From Verrucomicrobiia bacterium (GTDB lineage Bacteria > Verrucomicrobiota > Verrucomicrobiia > Limisphaerales > JAEYXS01), in NCBI GenBank assembly GCA_036405135.1, contig DASWYF010000025.1, forward strand, positions 17,665 through 81,664: a DNA stretch of 64,000 bases. Direction: 5' to 3'. The notes beneath the pieces are model-generated. The model was given only the letters and a program-made list of their open reading frames with translations, made no database searches and was not told the DNA's origin. The position numbers and the translations under genes were made by a program. This document shows positions 29,880 to 36,951 of the stretch, one piece after another. Each line of letters begins with the position of its first letter. Position 1 is the stretch's first letter.

Positions 29880-29996
29880 TTCCTCCAATGTTCCATGTTC
29901 CCTTCCCCATTGGCCCGCCGGTGCCACCGGCCCCCGCTCGATGTTCAGAGTTCGATGCATAGGCCAACCGGTGCAACCGGTGTTCGATGTTTCCCC
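29880..29996 (+). repeat. Cluster of stutter-type elements, including a single-unit version of the GTTCGAT array element
   Basis: The units are ATGTTCCATGTTCCCTTCCCC, CCGGTGCCACCGG, GATGTTCAGAGTTCGATG and CCAACCGGTGCAACCGGTGTTCGATGTTTCCCC. The last has the same flanks as the 3361-3560 array but only about 1 repeat unit. Confidence 0.75.
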
Positions 29997-30148
29997 TCCT
30001 CATTCTTCATTCCCGCGGGACAAGCTTGCTCGACGGCCCTCCGCATCTGCCCAAACCACCAACTGGCCTGGCTGATCTTCCGATACCGGCGACTCACCGG
30101 CCTGCACCACGTTTCCAACTTCAACTCACTCTGTTCCGTCAGCTTCAT
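29945..30148 (-). CDS. Small Arg/Trp-rich protein, paralog A (67 aa from the MKLTEQ start)
   Basis: The sequence is MKLTEQSELKLETWCRPVSRRYRKISQASWWFGQMRRAVEQACP... Its 44-codon core differs from paralog B (41953-42141) by 14 synonymous and 4 non-synonymous codon changes, by my hand alignment. Confidence 0.7.
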   Translation of the reverse strand: MKLTEQSELKLETWCRPVSRRYRKISQASWWFGQMRRAVEQACPAGMKNEEGKHRTPVAPVGLCIEL

Positions 30149-30285
30149 ACTGAACCTTTCTTTTACTTTTCTGCGATCAGTATGTAGAGGGGGGTAGGAC
30201 ATTGGCTGTCCATGCCTCCCCTTTTCTGAAAATATTTTACCCCCCTAACAAACTCGAAATAAACAAGTTAAAACGAAAACCAACA
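30149..30285 (-). repeat. Copy A of the conserved upstream module (core palindrome GGACATTGGCTGTCC at 30197-30211)
   Basis: In gene orientation it reads ...CGTTTTAACTTG...GTTTGTTAGGGGGTAAAATATTTTCAGAAAAGGGGAGGCATGGACAGCCAATGTCCTACCCCCCTCT..., which aligns with 41811-41952 and 1745-1844. Confidence 0.8.
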
Positions 30286-30409
30286 GCCGAGCCTTAATTT
30301 TCCCTACCTAAAAATAGCGACAATTCGCGGAATCCGCCTCCTCACTTGTTTGACCTGAAAATTGCCCCAAACCGCATATTTATGCCCGCATTGACAAACC
30401 CACCCCATT

Positions 30410-30585
30410 GTCCGAGCGTTCCCTTGTTCGCAGCCTAAGCTGCCTTGCCTTCCTGCAAGTCAGCACGGGGAACCCAAACTCCCGGGTCACACCGGGACGG
30501 GGCGCACGATGCCAGGCAACTGGCCTTCGGGGTCACTTCTGAGACCTAGCCCGTCAGCTAACCTCGTCGGCGTTTGGAAGGGCGG
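30410..30585 (+). promoter_or_regulatory. c-di-AMP riboswitch (ydaO-yuaA class)
   Basis: ACGGGGAACCCA (30465-30476), CGGGGTCA (30528-30535) and GCCCGTCAGCTAACCTCGTCGGCG (30549-30572) match the hallmark blocks of the ydaO riboswitch as I remember them from B. subtilis (GGGGGACCCA / GGGGUGAAUC / ACCCGUCAGCUAACCUCGUAAGCG). It sits 5' of a K+ transporter gene, which is the canonical regulon. The boundaries are approximate. Confidence 0.85.
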
Positions 30586-30700
30586 TCCTCTGCGCCGTGA
30601 AGTCCACGGCGTCCACGATCACCCCGTTTGAAAACTGATTGGCCTGTGCCGTTGGCGGAGCTTTTGAGCCTCGCTGGCGACGCCGTCCTTGAACATGGAC

Positions 30701-30722
30701 CCGCCTTCCTTGCCGGAGGCGG
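30701..30722 (+). promoter_or_regulatory. Possible SD-sequestering hairpin of the riboswitch expression platform
   Basis: In CCGCCTTCCTTGCCGGAGGCGG, the 3' arm contains GGAGG (30715-30719), which lies 14 nt upstream of the GTG start at 30734. Confidence 0.35.
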
Positions 30723-30733
30723 TTTGGTGAACT

Positions 30734-32044
30734 GTGAAAAACTGGTTGGTCTCTCTCAAGCCGGCCCAGCTTCTCGTGCTGGGGTTTCTCTCCTACGTCC
30801 TCATCGGCACGCTGCTGCTCTGTCTGCCACCCGCGCAGGCGCAGCCTGTCGCGTGGCTGGACAATCTCTTCAACGTCGTCTCCGCCGTGTCCACCACCGG
30901 ACTCACGACCGTGAGCGTGAGTGACAGCTACACCTTCTGGGGTGAACTGGTGCTGCTCATCCTCTTCCAGCTCGGCGGCATTGGTTACATGACCGTCTCC
31001 TCCGCGCTCATCCTCTCGCGCGGCCAGACGCTCTCGCCCGTGCGCCTGAAGATTCTGCACGCGGAATTCTCCCTCCCCAAGGGCTTTGACCTCCCACTCT
31101 TCGTGCGCCAGGTGCTCGTCTTCACCCTTCTCATTGAGACGATCGGCACCGCGCTGCTTTACTTTGAATTCCGCGCGGCCGGCGTGGAGAACCCCTTCTG
31201 GTCCGCGCTCTTTCACTGCGTCTCCGCCTTTGCCACCGCCGGTTTCAGTTTGAACAACAACAGCCTCGAAGCCTTTGCCGGCAATACCACCGTGAACCTC
31301 ACCATCGGCGCGCTCTGCTATCTCGGCGCGATCGGTTTCATCGTCCTGCAAGATGCCTGGCTCGCCGCCACCCGCAAGCAGCACACCATCACCCTCACGT
31401 CGAAGCTCATCTTGCTCATGACCGCCGCCATCTGGCTCATCACCACGCCGCTCTTCTATTTTGCCGAGCCGTCCATCCAGTTGCTCCCGGCCAAGGAACG
31501 CTTCCTCGCCGCCGCCTTCCAGATCATGAGCGCGTCCACCACGGCGGGCTTCAACACCATCAGCATCGGCAATCTTTCCTCCGCTTCCCTGGTGCTGCTG
31601 TTCTTCGCCATGATCGTGGGTGCCTCGCCCAGCGGCACAGGCGGTGGTATCAAGACCACCAGTGTGTCCGCGCTCTACGCCATTCTCGCGTCCACCTTGC
31701 GCGGACATCGCCAAGTGCAGTTCTGGAAACACGCCGTGCCGCCCATCCGCCTGCGCACGGCCGCCGCTTCCACCACGCTTTATATCAGCCTGATGACCGG
31801 TGGCCTGTTCCTGCTTTGCCTGACGGAGAAGCACGGTTTCCTGCCCCTCTTCTTCGAGACCGTCTCCGCCTTCAGCACCGTGGGCCTCAGCATGGGCATC
31901 ACGGGTGATCTGACCGCTGGAGGCAAATGGATCCTCATCGCCCTCATGTTCATCGGCCGCGTGGGACCTCTCACACTCGGCTTCAGCCTGTTCCAGCGTG
32001 AGAATGAAGAAACCGGGACGGTGGAATCGGACGTGGCGGTGTGA
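30734..32044 (+). CDS. TrkH/KtrB-family potassium uptake membrane protein
   Basis: This 436-aa multi-pass protein reads ...LKPAQLLVLGFLSYVLIGTLLLCLP...SAVSTTGLTTV...SAFATAGFSL...MSASTTAGFNT...GASPSGTGGGIKTTS...SAFSTVGLSMGIT... Those are the four selectivity-filter-like repeats of the TrkH/KtrB family. It starts with GTG. No TrkA/KtrA gene is adjacent. Confidence 0.9.
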   Translation: MKNWLVSLKPAQLLVLGFLSYVLIGTLLLCLPPAQAQPVAWLDNLFNVVSAVSTTGLTTVSVSDSYTFWGELVLLILFQLGGIGYMTVSSALILSRGQTLSPVRLKILHAEFSLPKGFDLPLFVRQVLVFTLLIETIGTALLYFEFRAAGVENPFWSALFHCVSAFATAGFSLNNNSLEAFAGNTTVNLTIGALCYLGAIGFIVLQDAWLAATRKQHTITLTSKLILLMTAAIWLITTPLFYFAEPSIQLLPAKERFLAAAFQIMSASTTAGFNTISIGNLSSASLVLLFFAMIVGASPSGTGGGIKTTSVSALYAILASTLRGHRQVQFWKHAVPPIRLRTAAASTTLYISLMTGGLFLLCLTEKHGFLPLFFETVSAFSTVGLSMGITGDLTAGGKWILIALMFIGRVGPLTLGFSLFQRENEETGTVESDVAV

Positions 32045-32068
32045 GGGACGTGGGCAAGAAAATGTCTC

Positions 32069-32103
32069 GAAGCCGGAGGCTTTCCTTTTCAGCCTCTGGC
32101 TTC
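32069..32103 (+). terminator. Possible terminator hairpin after the K+ transporter gene
   Basis: GAAGCCGGAGGC-TTTCCTTTTCA-GCCTCTGGCTTC forms a 12-bp stem with one G.U pair. It is followed by a C-run rather than a T-run. Confidence 0.35.
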
Positions 32104-32234
32104 CCCCCCAGACATCGCATCCTGAACCATTACGATCGTTTCGACATCACCTCAAAAATCCACTGCGGTTTGCATCCTTGGAGCAGCCTCACAACTTCGC
32201 TTGCCGCCGAGACTATTTGGAGAATCCCACTAAT

Positions 32235-32430
32235 ATGAGACCAGGCTGGATTTATAAAGATGGAGCAGTCATCGAACTGCCCTCGCTCACGGCTGTCATC
32301 AAGAAGAACGAACGCTGGCATGTGCCCACCTGTCCGGAATTAGGTCGCCAACCAGGGCAAGCCCCGTAACCAAGCCCACGCCATGCTCGCCGAAGCCGTG
32401 GAACTCTGGCTCGAATGTGTCACACTGTAG
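32235..32430 (+). pseudogene. HicB-like (UPF0150-type) antitoxin remnant with a 1-nt frameshift
   Basis: Frame 0 reads MRPGWIYKDGAVIELPSLTAVIKKNERWHVPTCPELG and stops at 32367. The +1 frame, open from 32344, continues VANQGKPRNQAHAMLAEAVELWLECVTL*. Joined, they read like the HicB N-domain pattern ...vPelpG..tqG.t.eEA..n..EAiel.le. Confidence 0.4.
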
Positions 32431-32516
32431 AGATGCGGAGCCGTCGCATGCGCGCTTAAGTTCCTGACTCGGAAACGGAATTTTTTCTACCTGAACCCCA
32501 ACAACGGGGTTCCAAT

Positions 32517-32570
32517 CAATCAGCCCAGGGTTGGTCTGCGACGCAGGAGCAGACCTGCCCTGGGTAAGCA
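32517..32570 (+). repeat. Solo hairpin unit related to the arms of the 53866-54090 element
   Basis: ATCAGCCCAGGGTTGGTCTGCGACGCAGGAGCAGACCTGCCCTGGGTAAGC aligns with 53892-53943 (ATCAGCCCAGCGTTGCTTCGCGACAGCAGGAGCGAAGCTACGCTGGGTAGTC). The stem changes are compensatory. Confidence 0.75.
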
Positions 32571-32662
32571 CATTGAAATCCCCCCTACCCGGACCGGGTT
32601 GCATCCTTTCTGCCTTCAATCCACCTTGAGGACACTCCCTATCTCCCGCATCATCCTTCCAG

Positions 32663-33709
32663 ATGTTCATCCGCCAACATATCGCGCTGTTCTTTATCCT
32701 CTGCTTTCACGCATTAACTCTCTCCACCCACGCCGCCGATTCCCAATCCAAACAACTCCTTCGCGATCCCCGACTCCTTCACGGTATCACGCAAGGCTAT
32801 GCCAATCACTTGCCCGCAACTGAACGCGCCGATTGCCTCACCCGCTGGCAAAGCAAAGGCCTCACCAATGCCCAATGGGCGTTCTGGGAGATCAGCGAGC
32901 AACTCCATTTCGCGCACCATCGCGAGACGCCCACGGTGAAAGCTCCCGGCGAATTCATCTGGCAGACGACCAACCTCGCCAAGCAATGCCTCCTCGAAAA
33001 AGGCCGCGTGCATCTGCTCTACGATACCGGCAAAGAATGGCGCGAAGGCGGCGCGCTGAACTTGCCGGATAAAAGCGGCAAGCCACCCAAGTATGGCAAT
33101 CCTCACACCGTCTGGCCTCACTTCCTCATCGGCCAGCACTTCGCCAAAGACAACAATCCACTCACGATCATTCCGGACGCGGAAAAACTGACCTTCGAGA
33201 AATACGACCGGCTGCGCCTGCAAGCGAAGGTGAAGCTGAATCGCCTCGTCCGCAGCAGCACGTGGGACCATAGCTCTGACTACAAAGCCCCCAACCACGC
33301 CATCTTCTACTTCGCCATCGTCATCATGCCCAAGACGGCGAACCGCGTCGCTGATGGCGGTAAGTTCTACATGCTCGTGCCCGCGATCTATTCGGAAGGT
33401 GATAATCGCCACGTGCCCGGTTCCACACCTTGGCTCGGACTCGATCAATTCGGTGATGGCGTCTATTTCTCCGGCAGCCAACCCACACTCGAAGCCGGTC
33501 GCAAAATTTCCTATGACATCGATGTGAAACAGCTCATCCGCGAAGGCCTCTCCGCCGCCACGCAGCGATCCTTCCAACACGGCAAGCGCCGCATCTATCG
33601 CGCCGAAGATTACTTCCTCGCGTGCCTCCTCGTCGGCTGGGAAGTCTGGGGCGGCTTCGATACGGACATCGAGTTCAGCGACTTGTCATTGACCGGCACC
33701 ACTAAATAA
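32663..33709 (+). CDS. Exported hypothetical protein (348 aa)
   Basis: It has the signal peptide MFIRQHIALFFILCFHALTLSTHA and normal composition. I recognise no family. Confidence 0.65.
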   Translation: MFIRQHIALFFILCFHALTLSTHAADSQSKQLLRDPRLLHGITQGYANHLPATERADCLTRWQSKGLTNAQWAFWEISEQLHFAHHRETPTVKAPGEFIWQTTNLAKQCLLEKGRVHLLYDTGKEWREGGALNLPDKSGKPPKYGNPHTVWPHFLIGQHFAKDNNPLTIIPDAEKLTFEKYDRLRLQAKVKLNRLVRSSTWDHSSDYKAPNHAIFYFAIVIMPKTANRVADGGKFYMLVPAIYSEGDNRHVPGSTPWLGLDQFGDGVYFSGSQPTLEAGRKISYDIDVKQLIREGLSAATQRSFQHGKRRIYRAEDYFLACLLVGWEVWGGFDTDIEFSDLSLTGTTK

Positions 33710-33854
33710 ATCTCGCCATGAACTTCACTCTATAGCTGAAAAACACAGAGGCGCTCCTCACCACCCTCGCCCCTTGGAGGGGAGAGGGCCGGAGTGAGGG
33801 GTGCCCGGAACATGTGAAAATCATCCCAATCCCAACTGGCTTTCTCTCTCACCC

Positions 33855-34556
33855 ATGCCTCACATCATCTTCGACATCGACGGCACGTTGACCCATTCCG
33901 TGCAAGCAGATGACATCTGCTTCATCCGCGCCCTCGCCGAAGTCTGGAACTTTCACGACGTGGACACGGATTGGTCCAAATACAAACACGTCACCGATGC
34001 AGGTCTTTTGCACGAACTCCACGAGACGCGCACTGGTCGCACGCCGGCCAAGGATGAGTTACATGCCTTCCGCGATCACTTCCTCGCGTTACTTGGCCAG
34101 ATGCTTGCGGAAAATCCCATGGTGCCTATCGCTGGCGCTCCCGCCATGCTCAAGCATCTGACCGGCGAAACTGCATACGGCGTCTCCCTCGCCACCGGTG
34201 CCTGGGGCGCATCTGCCAGTTTGAAGATGCGCAGCGCGGGAATGCGCTTTGAAGATCATCCGGCTGCGTCATCGGATGACGCCCCGGACCGTGTGACCAT
34301 CATGCAGATATCCCGCCAACGCGCCGCGGAACGGTTCGGTGCCCGCGAGAAAGTGATCTACATCGGTGACGGTGTGTGGGATGCCCGCGCGTGCAAAGCC
34401 TTGAACTGGCCGTTCATCGGCATCGGCTCGGGTGAGCGCGCTGTGCGTTTACGCGCTGAGGGCGCCCTCGCCGTCCTGCCTGATTTCTCTGATTTGAAAT
34501 GCTTTCTGAAGGCGCTAGATGATGCCTTCAGGACACAGGTTTCTCCAGCACGATGA
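33855..34556 (+). CDS. HAD-superfamily hydrolase/phosphatase
   Basis: The internal ATG at 33855 gives MPHIIFDIDGTLTHS (HAD motif I, DxDGT). The later sequence ...VIYIGDGVWDARAC matches motif IV. Confidence 0.8.
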   Translation: MPHIIFDIDGTLTHSVQADDICFIRALAEVWNFHDVDTDWSKYKHVTDAGLLHELHETRTGRTPAKDELHAFRDHFLALLGQMLAENPMVPIAGAPAMLKHLTGETAYGVSLATGAWGASASLKMRSAGMRFEDHPAASSDDAPDRVTIMQISRQRAAERFGAREKVIYIGDGVWDARACKALNWPFIGIGSGERAVRLRAEGALAVLPDFSDLKCFLKALDDAFRTQVSPAR

Positions 34557-35277
34557 CACATCTGCCGCCGAAGAGTTTGGGCCAAGGTGTCAGACAGCGG
34601 TCCAGCTTGCGGAAAAAAGGCAGCCAACCAAGCGGGTAAAACGCCCGGCGGCTGAAGCCGCCAGCTAAAAAGTAGGAGAAGGCGCTGAAGGGTTCACGAT
34701 GGCGGACATTCCATCCTTGCAACCACTCGGGCCATTCATCCCGGAAAAAGAGGCGCGTGGTATTGCCTTGTGCGGCGTAGTAATGGCGGGGGCCGGGAAA
34801 AACATCTTCCTTACGGATCAGGTCGCCCATCGCCACAGGCTCGTGATGGAACGCCCCATACACCACATAACTGCTCAGGCTGATGTAAGGGTCCATGATG
34901 ATGATTTTCCCGCCTGGCTTCAGCACCCGGCGGGCAGAACGCAGAAATGCCTTGGGCACTTCCAGATGATGGAACACATCGAACAGCACGAGATGGGAAA
35001 CGCTCTCATCGGCAAAAGGCAGATCGTAACCATCGCACATCACATCGATGGCCGGACCACGGAACAGATCGGAGCAGACCGCTGTGGGCAGATGAGTTTT
35101 CAGATTGCCCATCCCGGAACCGATCTCCAGTACGATGCCCGGAGTACGGACATCGATATGCGGCAGTATCCGCGCATACAGTCCGGCATAAACGGCGCGC
35201 AAAAGCGGTTTCTCAGCCCAGACGGCCTGGTTGGCCTGAATCTCCTTTTGATGCTGTTGCAGCGGCAGGGAACTCAT
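34528..35277 (-). CDS. Class I SAM-dependent methyltransferase
   Basis: It has motif I VLEIGSGMGNL, plus FDVFHHLEVPKAFLRSARRVLKPGGKIIIMDP. The start ATG at 35275-35277 overlaps the stop of the upstream gene (ATGA), so the two genes are probably translationally coupled. The 3' end overlaps the convergent HAD gene by 29 nt. Confidence 0.8.
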   Translation of the reverse strand: MSSLPLQQHQKEIQANQAVWAEKPLLRAVYAGLYARILPHIDVRTPGIVLEIGSGMGNLKTHLPTAVCSDLFRGPAIDVMCDGYDLPFADESVSHLVLFDVFHHLEVPKAFLRSARRVLKPGGKIIIMDPYISLSSYVVYGAFHHEPVAMGDLIRKEDVFPGPRHYYAAQGNTTRLFFRDEWPEWLQGWNVRHREPFSAFSYFLAGGFSRRAFYPLGWLPFFRKLDRCLTPWPKLFGGRCVIVLEKPVS

Positions 35278-36668
35278 GAGAGGAACTTCAACCGTTTGGC
35301 TGCGAAGATGACCATCCGAAGCAGCAACCATCCGTGGCTCCAGCGGTGGATATTCGTCTCCCCGTAAGTGCGTGCCTGATAACGAATGGGCAGGTCGATG
35401 ATGCGCAGATTCAGCTTGGCCGCGCCGAAGAGCAGGTCGAAATCACCGAAAGGATCGAAATCACCGAAGTAATTGCGGTTTCGCGCGATCTCGTCGTACT
35501 CCCGCCGGAACACGACCTTGGTGCCGCAGAGAGTGTCCTTGATCCGCTGTCCCAGCAGCCAGCTGAAGGCGAGGCCGAAGCAGTGATTGGCGATCATGTT
35601 CAGGAATTGCATGGCCTCGTTTTCCATCGGGTAGACGAGCCGCACGCCGTTCACGAAATCAGCCGTGCCATTGCGGGCCGCTTCGTAGAATTTGGGCAAT
35701 TCCTCGGGCGGCATGGTGAGATCGGCATCCAGGATGAACAGGATGTCGCCCGTGGCGGCTGCGAAGGCTTCACGCACGGCACCGCCCTTGCCCTTGCTCT
35801 GCTGTTTGAGCACCTTGATCTTGCGGTCCGGATATTTGGCCGCGACGCGCTGGATCTCATCCCAAGTGTTATCTTTCGAATGCCCTTCGATGAAGATGAT
35901 CTCCGTGCCTTTGCCCATCTCGGGAGTGCGTTGCACGGCAGCTTCGATATTACCGGCCTCATTGCGGGCGGGAATGACCACGGAACAGGAGTAATGCCGG
36001 TCTGCAGGCACTTGCGGCCGCGGCCGCGCCACCATGAAGACCGTGAGACAAAACGGACGCAGGAAAGGCGCGATGAAGCGGTTCAGGAATGGCCCCAGCA
36101 ACGGTGTGTTCACCGGCCAGAGGATGCGGGTGTCCGTTTTCACCATCTCCCAGCCGGCGAGATGCAGCAGGTTCTGCATATCAGAACTGGAGAGCCAGTT
36201 CTGCAACATGGTGGGAGCTTTTTGTCCCATGCTTTCCGCCGCCGAGAGCATCGGTCGCCAGACGTTGTTGAAGAAATTGATCACGATGCGCGTGCGCGGA
36301 TGGGACACCTTGTGCAATTGCTCGAGGACGGCCTGCACATCCGGCACATCATTCACCAGATCGGAGAGGATGATGTAGTCAAACGGCTCCAGATCAGGCA
36401 GCGCCGCCGCCTGTGCCACCTGAAATTCCAGTGTCGGGTGCCGCTCCTTGGCCAGGGCGACCGTCTGGGGGCTGAAATCGATGCCGACGCCTTGGGACGG
36501 CTTCACAGCAGCCAAAAGATCGCCTACACCGCAACCCACCTCCAGCACACGCAGGCCGGGCGGCACGAAAAAGGCGAAGTACCGCTGGAGCAACAGGTGA
36601 TAGTGACGATTCGCCTCCTGGGGGCGCAAAGCGGCACGAGCGTCATAGAAATCCCGTCGGCTATCCAT
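35274..36668 (-). CDS. Bifunctional class I SAM methyltransferase / family-2 glycosyltransferase (polyprenol-phosphate sugar synthase-like)
   Basis: The N-terminal half is VLEVGCGVGDLLAAV...FDYIILSDLVNDVPD. The C-terminal half is CSVVIPARNEAGNIEAAV...IIFIEGHSKDNTWDEIQRV...GKGGAVREAFAAATGDILFILDADLTMPPEEL, a GT2 DxD-type core. The start was set to the ATG at 36668 (MDSRRDFYD). The track ORF extends to 36794. Confidence 0.85.
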   Translation of the reverse strand: MDSRRDFYDARAALRPQEANRHYHLLLQRYFAFFVPPGLRVLEVGCGVGDLLAAVKPSQGVGIDFSPQTVALAKERHPTLEFQVAQAAALPDLEPFDYIILSDLVNDVPDVQAVLEQLHKVSHPRTRIVINFFNNVWRPMLSAAESMGQKAPTMLQNWLSSSDMQNLLHLAGWEMVKTDTRILWPVNTPLLGPFLNRFIAPFLRPFCLTVFMVARPRPQVPADRHYSCSVVIPARNEAGNIEAAVQRTPEMGKGTEIIFIEGHSKDNTWDEIQRVAAKYPDRKIKVLKQQSKGKGGAVREAFAAATGDILFILDADLTMPPEELPKFYEAARNGTADFVNGVRLVYPMENEAMQFLNMIANHCFGLAFSWLLGQRIKDTLCGTKVVFRREYDEIARNRNYFGDFDPFGDFDLLFGAAKLNLRIIDLPIRYQARTYGETNIHRWSHGWLLLRMVIFAAKRLKFLS

Positions 36669-36951
36669 ATCGGACCTAGCTGGTACTGGAGCCGAACACA
36701 CAAGGCCAGTCCTAAACACGTTTTGCCGCCAATCGGGGCAAGGAACCACACGCGCAGATTCCGGCATGACAAGGGCTTGGAACTCAGGCAACACTACGCC
36801 CGATGCAGGACAATACCGCGAGGAATCCGGTCAAGACGCCCGTCAATATCATCAAGTGGTTCACGGCATTGGCCGCCGTGCTGTCTCTGCTTTTGCCTCT
36901 CCGGATCATGAAAAAGGCGATTTTGTGAACCAGCCCGATGCCGATCCGAAA

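Noticed and set aside
28892-29962. 356-aa + strand ORF
   Set aside because: It is antisense to the PVC-type heme-binding protein gene. It is R/P/H-rich and extends through the stutter repeats.
30554-31834. 426-aa minus-strand ORF
   Set aside because: It is antisense to the TrkH/KtrB gene, is G/E/R/H/D-rich, and its 3' end overlaps the riboswitch.
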